From NCBI GenBank assembly GCA_905181595.1, contig CAJIYI010000001.1:79291-143290 (forward strand): a stretch of 64,000 nt of DNA. The letters run 5' to 3'. This stretch comes from an uncultured SAR86 cluster bacterium. GTDB taxonomy: Bacteria > Pseudomonadota > Gammaproteobacteria > Magnimaribacterales > D2472. Every line of letters starts with the position of its first letter. Position 1 is the first letter of the stretch. The position numbers and the translations under genes are program-made. The notes under the pieces are model-generated. The model searched no databases. It worked only from the letters and a program-made list of their open reading frames with translations, and was not told the origin of the DNA. Shown piece after piece: positions 7,655 to 16,406 of the stretch.

Positions 7655-8916
7655 TGATAGATACGCCTACAAACCTTACAAGAAATATTCTTCTTGGTTT
7701 ATTCTTAGGCTTTCTAGTTGGCTCTTTTCTTTACTACACAGATTTTTTTCCTAGTTCCTTTGACTCCTTTGTAGAGTTATATATTTTTAAAATGGGTGGA
7801 GAAATCTTCATGAATCTTTTGAAGCTTCTTGTGGTACCTCTAGTTTTCTTTTCTTTGGTAACAGGCATATCGTCATTAGGAAGTTCTCAATCTTTGGGAT
7901 CATTAACCTTTAAAACAGTCGGTTTTTACCTCTTAACTACAGCGATTGCTGTGTCCTTAGCACTTTTAGCAGGGTCTTTCTTCCAACCAGGATCTAACTA
8001 TAGTGCTGATATTGCTCTGGCAGCTCCAAGCTCCCTTCCTCAAGGCCAAGGCATATACTCAACTATCACAGGCATTTTCCCATCCAACATAATTCAAGCT
8101 ATGGCTGATAACCAGATGTTAGCTATTGTCTTTTTCAGTATTTTATTTGGACTTGCTTTGAATAAGACCAATCATTTAACTGGAAACTTTAGCGAGTCTT
8201 TTGCAAAACTGAATACTGTATTTCTTCAACTCATAGTTATGGTTATGAGCTTTGCTCCAATTGGAGTCTTTTGCTTAATTGGAAAGTTTGTCATCGCAGA
8301 TGGATTAGATATTTTTCAGGATGTCTTGGCTTATGTTGTGCTGCTTATATCCCTGCTTATATTTCATGCTCTTTTTACTTATTCCATTTTCCTAAAATTT
8401 ATTGGTGGCCTTAGTCCAATTACATTCTTTAAAAAAATTAAAAATGTAGCTCTTTTTGCTTTTTCTACTTCATCAAGCGCAGCAACTATTCCAGTCACTC
8501 TCAAGACGGTGAATCAAGATTTAGGGGTCAACCAAAATGTTGCATCATTTGTAGTGCCTGTTGGAGCTACCATTAATATGGATGGCACAGCCATCATGCA
8601 GGGATTAGCAACTGTTTTCATTGCTCAGATGTCTGGGATTGATCTAACCCTCTTTCAATATGGGCAAGTAGTACTTTTAGCAGTAGCAACCTCTATTGGA
8701 ACTGCAGCAGTTCCTTCGGCTGGGACGATAACTCTTATAATTATTTTGCAGCAATTCAACCTTCCCTTAGAGGCAATTGGAATTATTTTAGCTGTTGATA
8801 GGGTGCTGGATATGATTAGAACATCTGTAAATGTTACAGGGGATGCAGCCATAGCCTGTATAGTTGCAAAATCCGAAAATCAATTGGATGAAACTATTTT
8901 TAATTCACGCCAATAA
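7654..8916 (+). CDS. dicarboxylate/amino acid:cation symporter (DAACS/GltP family)
   Basis: 420-aa polytopic membrane ORF with the family blocks SSSAATIP, PVGATINMDGTA and AAVPSAG. Its ATG overlaps the rubredoxin stop (TAATG). Confidence 0.85.
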   Translation: MIDTPTNLTRNILLGLFLGFLVGSFLYYTDFFPSSFDSFVELYIFKMGGEIFMNLLKLLVVPLVFFSLVTGISSLGSSQSLGSLTFKTVGFYLLTTAIAVSLALLAGSFFQPGSNYSADIALAAPSSLPQGQGIYSTITGIFPSNIIQAMADNQMLAIVFFSILFGLALNKTNHLTGNFSESFAKLNTVFLQLIVMVMSFAPIGVFCLIGKFVIADGLDIFQDVLAYVVLLISLLIFHALFTYSIFLKFIGGLSPITFFKKIKNVALFAFSTSSSAATIPVTLKTVNQDLGVNQNVASFVVPVGATINMDGTAIMQGLATVFIAQMSGIDLTLFQYGQVVLLAVATSIGTAAVPSAGTITLIIILQQFNLPLEAIGIILAVDRVLDMIRTSVNVTGDAAIACIVAKSENQLDETIFNSRQ

Positions 8917-8976
8917 TTACTAATAAATTTTTATTTTATTTGTTAATATGAACCACTTTTTTAAAGGAGAGAGATA

Positions 8977-10965
8977 ATGAATATATTAATTGCGCCAGCC
9001 CTTGGTGTTTTTGGATTAATAGTAGCTTTTATAGTTTTTAGTCTAGTTATGCGCTATTCAGATGGTACTGATCAAGTTAAAAAGATTGGTGATGAGATTC
9101 ACAAAGGTGCAATGAAGTTCATGAAAACTGAATACACCTACTTATTAATATTTGTCAGTATATTAGTGGTATTGGTGGCAATGTTTATCTCGAAGGAATC
9201 GGCGATTGCGGTGATTGTTGGAGCCGCTTGTTCTTCCCTTGCTGGCTTTATAGGAATGTATGCAGCGACTAAAGCAAATGTTAGAACAGCAACTGCTGCT
9301 CAAGAAGATGGTGCTGCAGCGGCATTATCTGTTTCGTTTTATGGTGGTTCTGTTATGGGACTATGTGTTGCCTCACTTGGACTTATTGGTTTAGGCGGTT
9401 TATTTTATTTCTTTAGTGCTGAACATGTTCACGCGTTAGAAGGCTTTGGAATGGGCGCATCAGTTGTAGCTTTATTTTCAAGAGTTGGCGGCGGTATTTT
9501 TACAAAGAGTGCTGATGTTGGCGCAGACTTAGTTGGTAAGATTGAAGCAGGCATACCTGAAGACGATCCCAGAAATCCAGGAGTCATTGCAGACAATGTT
9601 GGTGATAATGTTGGGGATGTTGCTGGCATGGGTTCTGATATCTTTGAATCCTATTGTGGCTCAATGATTGCTTCTATAGCTATTGCTTATACTTTAGGCT
9701 CAGAGGAAATGATGATGTTGCCATTAGCGCTAGCATCTATTGGCTTAATAGCCTCAATTGTTGGAATTATTATTGTCAAATTGCAAGCATCTAAAGCGCC
9801 TGCAAGCGCCCTAAGATCTGGGACATTATTGGCTCCAGCCATCTTTCTAGTTATGGCTTATTTCTTTATATCTGGCCTGAATGAGGTCTCAATGAATGTA
9901 TGGTGGGCAGTGGTATGTGGTGCCGTAGGCGGAGTATTAATAGGCCTTATCACTGAATATTATACTGGTGGAGAGCCCGTTAAAAAGATTGCTGAATCAG
10001 GCGAGACAGGTCCTGCAACTGTAATGATTTCAGGACTTTCTGTCGGCATGCAATCAGTTGTAATACCGATTTTAATCTTGGCAACTATCATTTTGATCTC
10101 AACAACTTTATCTGGTGTTTATGGTGTTGGAATTGCAGCAGTTGGAATGCTTTCAACAGTTGGTATTACCATGGCAATTGATGCTTATGGACCGGTTGCT
10201 GATAACGCTGGCGGCATTGCAGAAATGTCTGGCATGGGTGAAGACGTTAGAGAAATAACTGATTCATTGGACGAACTGGGCAACACAACAGCAGCCATTG
10301 GAAAGGGCTTTGCAATTGGAGCAGCTGCATTGGCCGCTCTTGCAATTATTTCAGCATTCTCTGCAGTGGTTACACTGAATTTTGGAGATGCTTTTACCTT
10401 ATCCCTTGGTCAGCCTATCGTTCTTGTTGGAATGTTCATAGGAATCTGTATTCCATTTTTAATTTCTTCAATCACTATGACAGCTGTGGGCGATGCAGCT
10501 TTTGAAATGATTAATGAAATCAGAAGACAATTCAGAGAAATTGATGGCCTGATGGAAGGCACTGCTGATCCTGATTCTGAAAAGTGTGTTGAAATAGCCA
10601 CCAAAGCAGCATTAAAAAAAATGATCCTTCCTGGTGTTATTGCAGTAGCAATGCCTCCATTAGTTGGTTTCACACTTGGAGCTATGGCACTAGGTGGAAT
10701 GCTAGCTGGTGGATTATTGGGTTGCGTAGCCTTGGCATTATTTATGGCAAATGCAGGCGGAGCTTGGGACAATGCAAAGAAATATGTTGAGAAAGGCAAC
10801 TTGGGTGGTAAAGGTTCGGATACTCATTCTGCTGTAGTGGTAGGTGATACTGTAGGAGATCCTTTTAAGGATACATCTGGTCCAGCCATGAACATCCTCA
10901 TTAATGTTATGGCAATAGTTAGCTTAGTTATTGCTCCTTTACTAACATTGAATGGAATGCTTTAA
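8977..10965 (+). CDS. hppA: membrane-integral pyrophosphate-energised cation pump (K+-dependent-type signature)
   Basis: 662-aa ORF with [30 protein letters not shown] and [13 protein letters not shown] motifs. AAAGGAGAG Shine-Dalgarno lies upstream. Confidence 0.93.
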   Translation: MNILIAPALGVFGLIVAFIVFSLVMRYSDGTDQVKKIGDEIHKGAMKFMKTEYTYLLIFVSILVVLVAMFISKESAIAVIVGAACSSLAGFIGMYAATKANVRTATAAQEDGAAAALSVSFYGGSVMGLCVASLGLIGLGGLFYFFSAEHVHALEGFGMGASVVALFSRVGGGIFTKSADVGADLVGKIEAGIPEDDPRNPGVIADNVGDNVGDVAGMGSDIFESYCGSMIASIAIAYTLGSEEMMMLPLALASIGLIASIVGIIIVKLQASKAPASALRSGTLLAPAIFLVMAYFFISGLNEVSMNVWWAVVCGAVGGVLIGLITEYYTGGEPVKKIAESGETGPATVMISGLSVGMQSVVIPILILATIILISTTLSGVYGVGIAAVGMLSTVGITMAIDAYGPVADNAGGIAEMSGMGEDVREITDSLDELGNTTAAIGKGFAIGAAALAALAIISAFSAVVTLNFGDAFTLSLGQPIVLVGMFIGICIPFLISSITMTAVGDAAFEMINEIRRQFREIDGLMEGTADPDSEKCVEIATKAALKKMILPGVIAVAMPPLVGFTLGAMALGGMLAGGLLGCVALALFMANAGGAWDNAKKYVEKGNLGGKGSDTHSAVVVGDTVGDPFKDTSGPAMNILINVMAIVSLVIAPLLTLNGML

Positions 10966-10988
10966 GCAGAAACTTTCTTTGTAAGATT

Positions 10989-11015
10989 AAAAACCCGCGT
11001 AAGCGGGTTTTTTTA
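10989..11015 (+). terminator. rho-independent terminator after hppA
   Basis: aaacccgc-gtaa-gcgggttt forms a perfect 8-bp stem with a GNRA-like loop, followed by a T run, about 25 nt after the stop codon. Confidence 0.85.
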
Positions 11016-11124
11016 TTCCCACTAAATAGTAGTGTGTATAACAGCCTTTTGTTTGCATCGGTTACAGATCAATAAAGCATAGTTTGTAAATACCTAATAA
11101 CTTAATTTTTTATGGAATCTCTGA

Positions 11125-11319
11125 TTAAATAAATGGTAAAAAGTGTTTTCTTCCTACCAACAAAACTCTAAGTATCCACCCAATAAGAATTGGAAAACTA
11201 GATGCAATTAGATGAATAATTAATTCATCCTGACTTTGGTCTAAAAAAGAAAGCATAAGCATAAAACAGGTTCCAATTAAGCCAATCCAATGTAAAAGAT
11301 ATCCCAGTTTTGCTTTCAA
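11125..11319 (-). CDS. hypothetical small membrane protein (two predicted hydrophobic helices)
   Basis: 64-aa ORF with a TTG start and no recognisable family. Only ORF length and hydrophobic segments support it. Confidence 0.2.
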   Translation of the reverse strand: MKAKLGYLLHWIGLIGTCFMLMLSFLDQSQDELIIHLIASSFPILIGWILRVLLVGRKHFLPFI

Positions 11320-11416
11320 TTTTTTTATTGATTTTATTGTCTATATTTCCATTCAGTAGCAGCCCAATACAAAACCCTTATAGACAGTGTTTTCAGGGGC
11401 ATTTTTTTACTTTACT

Positions 11417-11638
11417 TTATAACTTCTTTGTAACTTTTTCATGTAAGGTTTTTGTTCCGAATATAAACCAAACCACAACAAAACCCCACCATAGAGCAAA
11501 AAACCAATCGTTTTTTGTAGTTCCATTCCATTCTAACAATTCAAATACTATGCCTTCCATAAATAAATCAAAAGAAAGCAAAACAAAGAATCCAAACACC
11601 CAGATTAAAAAAAAATGAAAAGGTTTAATGTTTTTCAT
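11417..11638 (-). CDS. hypothetical small Trp/Phe-rich membrane protein
   Basis: 73-aa ORF with an ATG start and two hydrophobic stretches (FHFFLIWVFGFFVLLSF and WFFALWWGFVVVWFIF). I see no obvious Shine-Dalgarno and recognise no family. Confidence 0.3.
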   Translation of the reverse strand: MKNIKPFHFFLIWVFGFFVLLSFDLFMEGIVFELLEWNGTTKNDWFFALWWGFVVVWFIFGTKTLHEKVTKKL

Positions 11639-11679
11639 TCAATTATAAAAAAATATCATCAATGACCTCGTCAAAATAA

Positions 11680-13743
11680 CTAGGCATCGGCAAATGCAAT
11701 GGATCCTGATATCCATCTGTTTATTAACTGATTAGCAAGTTCAGGGTCTTCATCGCAGATCACCTCAGCTACTTTTTTTGTACCCATGAGGTATTGGCTA
11801 TCTCGCACGAGATTCGTATATTTCATTGGCACAATCCCAGTTTGTTGAGCGCCCATAATTTCTCCAGGACCTCTGATTTCTAGATCCTTTTCAGCAATCT
11901 TAAAACCATCCTGTGTATCTACCAATACATCTAGTCTTTGAGAAGAAATTTCTCCTATTTTATCTTTGTGCAAAAGTATGCAAAAACTTTCTTTGCTTCC
12001 TCTTCCAATTCTTCCTCTTAATTGATGAAGTTGCGCAAGACCAAACCTTTCAGCATTTTCAATTACCATGATATCTGCATCCGGTATATCTACTCCAACT
12101 TCAACTACAGTGGTTGAAACTAAAATAGATGTTTGACTGTCTTTAAATTTTTGAATTTGTAGCTGCTTATCTTTAGCTGAAAGCTTTCCATGCAGGCATC
12201 CAACTTTTTGTTCCCCAAAGTACTCTTTAAGATCTTCATAACTCTCCATGACAGCATTTAAATCTAAGTTTTCTGATTCCTCTATGAGAGGACAAATCCA
12301 ATAGGCCTTACTTCCATTTTTAGTAGCTGCAAAAATTCTTTCAATTAATTTTGTTTTTCCGCTAAGTGGGAGGCAGGATGTTTGAATTGGTTTTCTGCCA
12401 GGCGGCAATTCATCAATTATTGAAACATCCATATTGGCATAGACACTCATAGAAAGAGTTCTAGGAATTGGCGTTGCTGTTAATGTTAATTGGTGTGGAG
12501 CAGAAATCTCAGAATCATTTTTCTTTCTTAGGGCTAGTCTTTGATTTACTCCAAATCGATGTTGCTCATCAATAATAATTAAAGCGAGATTGGGAAAGCC
12601 TACACCTTTTTGAAATAATGCATGGGTGCCAACAACCAAACGGACAGACATATCTTCGATATCCTGCAGCAGTTTCTTTCTTCCCTTTGCTGTCGTACTG
12701 CCGGTAAGTAGAGCAACCTTCGAAGCTTCTTTGCCAAAAAAACTTTTAAGGCTTACAAAATGTTGTTCTGCGAGGAGAGTTGTAGGCGCCATGAAAGCCA
12801 CTTGAAAAGATGAGTCAATTGCTAATGCTGCCGCCAATGCTGCAACAACAGTTTTCCCAGAACCCACATCTCCTTGAACCAATCTCATCATTGGTACTTT
12901 TTGAGCAGTGTCTTCTTTAATTTCTGAAATCACTCTTTTTTGAGCATCGGTTAATTCAAAAGGAAAATTTTTAGTTACTTCTTTGTTCCATGACCCCACT
13001 TCAATCAAAGGTTCTGCATGATGTCTCTTTTGTTTTCTTTTTAAGAATGTCATGCCAGCTTGAAATGCGATCATCTCTTCTTTTAGTAATCTCACCCTAG
13101 CTGGATGTGAGCCTCCAGGAAGAATATCGTCAATATCAGTTGCTGGAGCTGGATTATGAATCGCTTTTAAAGCATCAAGGATATTCATATCTAACGAAGG
13201 GTCATACTTCTCTAAATTAAGAAAGTCATCATCAAAATCAAGTTTCTGTATGGCTGCTAAAATAAAATGACGTATTTTTTTTTGACCAATTCCCTTGGGC
13301 ACCCTATACATAGGCGTTAAGGTTTCTTGTTCTGGTGATTGATCAGGCTGAACCATTTCATACTCTGGATGTATCATTTCTAATCCATACCTACTGAGAC
13401 TAACTTTACCGAAACATACTAACTCAGCTCCAGCTTTTAACTGCCTTGCTTGGCTTGGGTGAAAGTAAAAAAATCTTATGTTGATAGGACCAGACCCATC
13501 CGTGCATTTTAAAACCATCATTTTTCTTGGCCTATATAGAGATTGAGAAGTCACTACCTTGACTGTAATAAGCTTTTCATCGCCAGGCACCAAATCTATG
13601 ACTTGCGTTACATTCGTTCTATCTTGGTATCCTGATGGTAGATGAAAACAAAGATCACGTAGGTTAAAAATCCCATGAGAATTTAGTTTTTCAACAATAG
13701 AAGGACCAATTCCTTTTAATTGTTTTAGTTCAATATTAGCCAC
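11680..13743 (-). CDS. recG: ATP-dependent DNA helicase RecG
   Basis: 687-aa ORF with Walker A GDVGSGKT, the DEQH box (IIDEQHRFG), an N-terminal wedge/OB region and QLHQLRGRIGRG. GTG start. Confidence 0.93.
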   Translation of the reverse strand: MANIELKQLKGIGPSIVEKLNSHGIFNLRDLCFHLPSGYQDRTNVTQVIDLVPGDEKLITVKVVTSQSLYRPRKMMVLKCTDGSGPINIRFFYFHPSQARQLKAGAELVCFGKVSLSRYGLEMIHPEYEMVQPDQSPEQETLTPMYRVPKGIGQKKIRHFILAAIQKLDFDDDFLNLEKYDPSLDMNILDALKAIHNPAPATDIDDILPGGSHPARVRLLKEEMIAFQAGMTFLKRKQKRHHAEPLIEVGSWNKEVTKNFPFELTDAQKRVISEIKEDTAQKVPMMRLVQGDVGSGKTVVAALAAALAIDSSFQVAFMAPTTLLAEQHFVSLKSFFGKEASKVALLTGSTTAKGRKKLLQDIEDMSVRLVVGTHALFQKGVGFPNLALIIIDEQHRFGVNQRLALRKKNDSEISAPHQLTLTATPIPRTLSMSVYANMDVSIIDELPPGRKPIQTSCLPLSGKTKLIERIFAATKNGSKAYWICPLIEESENLDLNAVMESYEDLKEYFGEQKVGCLHGKLSAKDKQLQIQKFKDSQTSILVSTTVVEVGVDIPDADIMVIENAERFGLAQLHQLRGRIGRGSKESFCILLHKDKIGEISSQRLDVLVDTQDGFKIAEKDLEIRGPGEIMGAQQTGIVPMKYTNLVRDSQYLMGTKKVAEVICDEDPELANQLINRWISGSIAFADA

Positions 13744-13786
13744 CTATGGATAATACTTTTAATATAAGCACTTTAGAAATATATAT

Positions 13787-14566
13787 ATGAAAAAAGTATT
13801 AATTATTGGTTATGGAGATATTGGGCAAAGAGTCTCGAGGCTTCTTCCTGAGCATCAAATAATAGGCGTATCCAGAAATAACAACACTCAAGATCACAAT
13901 ACTTCATGGCATCAATGGGATTGGTTGTCCGGCAGATCATTAGAGTTACCCAATGTAGAAATATCAACCGTGATTGTCATACTTAAGCCAACATCTTTTG
14001 ATGAGAAAGGCTATCAGACTGGATACCTTAAAGCTGCTGAAATTATTATAAAAAATCTGAATCACAGCTTTGATTATCAAAAATTAGTGGTGGTGAGTTC
14101 CACAAGAGTATATGGAGAAAAGAATGGGAGAGGCATTACCGAAACAGCTGCACCTCAACCAGATGATTTTAGAGGGCATATCATCCTAGAGTATGAACAA
14201 ATAATGCGAGACCAGTCAAAGGTTGAGCCACTGATTTTAAGACCTTCTGGATTATATGACCCAAAGCAAAAATGGATGCAGAAGTTCATAAATAGCTTTG
14301 AAGCTAAGCAACACTCCCTGTCCTCAAAAGAATCTAATAGATTTGACCGCAATATCCTTGCAACGATCATCTCAAACTATGTTGCTCAGAAAAAATTAGC
14401 AGAACTTTCTGGTATCTTTATTTGCAGCGAACCCTCCAAAATATTCTCCGAACTCTTTGCGGAACAATATCCTGACAAGAACTTTGAAGATTTTTTTATC
14501 GCCTCCGATCATTCCGGTAAATCATTTAATTTTCAAAAGCTAATAGCAAGCAATTTAATGGGATAA
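13787..14566 (+). CDS. NAD(P)-binding Rossmann-fold protein (epimerase/SDR-like)
   Basis: 259-aa ORF with an N-terminal IIGYGDIGQRV dinucleotide-binding motif. The specific function is not recognisable. Confidence 0.5.
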   Translation: MKKVLIIGYGDIGQRVSRLLPEHQIIGVSRNNNTQDHNTSWHQWDWLSGRSLELPNVEISTVIVILKPTSFDEKGYQTGYLKAAEIIIKNLNHSFDYQKLVVVSSTRVYGEKNGRGITETAAPQPDDFRGHIILEYEQIMRDQSKVEPLILRPSGLYDPKQKWMQKFINSFEAKQHSLSSKESNRFDRNILATIISNYVAQKKLAELSGIFICSEPSKIFSELFAEQYPDKNFEDFFIASDHSGKSFNFQKLIASNLMG

Positions 14567-14591
14567 TATTTAAAAAATACAAGGGAATAAT

Positions 14592-15443
14592 ATGTTTTAC
14601 AGCATGACAGGTTATGGAAATGGAACGGCAGCTATAAGAGATCTAGAGGTTTTGTGCGAGATTAAATCTGTAAACAATCGATTCGTGGAAATCTCTTTTA
14701 GGGGCTATAGTGTCCCCAATGAATTTGAGGAATATATTAAATCTCAGATTAAAAAAAAGTTTTTACGTGGTTCGTTCGAAATAAAAATTAATGATAACTT
14801 TCAATCCGAACATGAATATGAAATTAATCAGCAGAGCCTAAAAAATCTTAAGGATTCCCTGAAGTCCTCCAAAGACTTTAATAGCAGTGATTTGAGATTA
14901 AGCGATTTAAAGGATATCCCAGGACTTTTGGTAGTAAAAACATCTAAAAAAGATATCTCGAGCCTAGGTAAAAAAGCTTTGAATCTTGCAATTCAAAACT
15001 TATTTAATTCAAGGGCAATTGAGGGAGAGAAGATCGAGAAAATTGTCTCAAGCAAACTATCATTTTTAATTAAAGCTCACCTTAAGCTTACTCGATCAGC
15101 CCCAGCCTTACTCCAACATAGAATTAAATCAATTAAAAAGAAATTAATGCAAAAAAATATTAATCTGCAAACAGATGATATATCAAACGAAGTGTCTACT
15201 ATTGCTTTAAAGCATGACATTGCAGAAGAGCTTGAAAGAATAAGTTTTCATATTGAATCATTGCAAAAACTATTTAAATCAAAGAATGCTCACGGAAAAA
15301 AAATGGATTTTATTCTGCAAGAATTATTTCGAGAGGTTAATACGCTCTCTGTTAAAATTGAAAAACCAGACCTCAAAGATTTAGCTTTAACAATGAAGTT
15401 GAAAGTGGAAGAATTAAGAGAGCAAGCACAAAATTTAGAGTAA
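14592..15443 (+). CDS. yicC: YicC family stress-induced protein
   Basis: 283-aa ORF with an N-terminal SMTGYG block and a C-terminal EVNTLSVK...ELREQAQNLE block typical of YicC. It lies upstream of gmk. Confidence 0.85.
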   Translation: MFYSMTGYGNGTAAIRDLEVLCEIKSVNNRFVEISFRGYSVPNEFEEYIKSQIKKKFLRGSFEIKINDNFQSEHEYEINQQSLKNLKDSLKSSKDFNSSDLRLSDLKDIPGLLVVKTSKKDISSLGKKALNLAIQNLFNSRAIEGEKIEKIVSSKLSFLIKAHLKLTRSAPALLQHRIKSIKKKLMQKNINLQTDDISNEVSTIALKHDIAEELERISFHIESLQKLFKSKNAHGKKMDFILQELFREVNTLSVKIEKPDLKDLALTMKLKVEELREQAQNLE

Positions 15444-16073
15444 ATGAAAAATTCAAACCTTTTTTTGATATCCGCTCCCTCGGGCACAGGGAAATCTAGT
15501 TTAATTAATTCAGTGCTCGACAGGGCCCATAAATCAAAATTTCCACTTGAGCTATCTATTTCATACACCACTAGAAAACCTCGCGTTGGTGAGACTGATA
15601 GCAATCATTATTTCTTTATTTCTCCCGAGGAATTCGCCAGAAAAAAAGAATCTAATTTTTTTATTGAGCATGCGGAGGTTCATGGAAATTGGTATGGCAC
15701 TTCAATTGAATTTGTTCAATCTAAACTAGACAATGGAATCAGCTTGATTCTTGAAATAGATGTGCAGGGTTACAGGCAAATTAAAAGCTTGGCGCTCGCA
15801 TATGAATCGATTTTTATTTTGCCACCGTCGATAGGGGCATTAGAAGAGAGAATTAAAAATAGAGGAGACAATGATCTTGCATCTATAAATTTACGACTGG
15901 AAAATGCAAAAAAGGAACTAATTTGTGCCAGTGAATATTCAAATATGATTATTAATGATTCATTTGAGGATGCATCAGACACTCTTTATCAAATTATTAC
16001 CCAAGAAAAGGCGATTATTGAGCCAAATGACAAAGAACTTGAACAGTTTTTGGCTAAGCTATTGTCTTCTTAG
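15444..16073 (+). CDS. gmk: guanylate kinase
   Basis: 209-aa ORF with P-loop SAPSGTGKSS and YTTRKPRVGE. It belongs to a gmk-rpoZ-spoT order as in E. coli. Confidence 0.93.
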   Translation: MKNSNLFLISAPSGTGKSSLINSVLDRAHKSKFPLELSISYTTRKPRVGETDSNHYFFISPEEFARKKESNFFIEHAEVHGNWYGTSIEFVQSKLDNGISLILEIDVQGYRQIKSLALAYESIFILPPSIGALEERIKNRGDNDLASINLRLENAKKELICASEYSNMIINDSFEDASDTLYQIITQEKAIIEPNDKELEQFLAKLLSS

Positions 16074-16112
16074 GCAAATAAACACTAAAATACGCCCTCG
16101 GAGTAAAACACT

Positions 16113-16385
16113 ATGGCAAGAATTACAGTAGAAGGTTGTTTAGATAAAGTTGCAAGTCGCTTTGAATTGATTTTGCTGGCCTCAGGGCGAGCTCGTCAAC
16201 TCTCAACAACAAGCAGAGAACCAATGGTTGAGTGGGAAGATGATAAACCAACGATCGTTGCTTTAAGAGAGATTGAAGAAGGATTGATTACCAAAGAAAT
16301 CTTAGACAAAACTCTAGAAGAAGACTTGTTATTGGATGAATTTGCAATTGATCGCCAGAAACCACAAGACGAATACATCGGTTAA
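16113..16385 (+). CDS. rpoZ: RNA polymerase omega subunit
   Basis: 90-aa ORF starting [13 protein letters not shown]...[15 protein letters not shown], the canonical omega N-terminus. Confidence 0.93.
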   Translation: MARITVEGCLDKVASRFELILLASGRARQLSTTSREPMVEWEDDKPTIVALREIEEGLITKEILDKTLEEDLLLDEFAIDRQKPQDEYIG

Positions 16386-16406
16386 TGTTATTCCTGGAGC
16401 TTTTGA

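Noticed and set aside
11310-11618. 102-aa plus-strand ORF between hppA and recG.
   Set aside because: Its Lys/Asn/Thr-rich, low-complexity tail and its position antisense to the two small hydrophobic ORFs suggest it is an AT-rich artefact. Nothing supports it.
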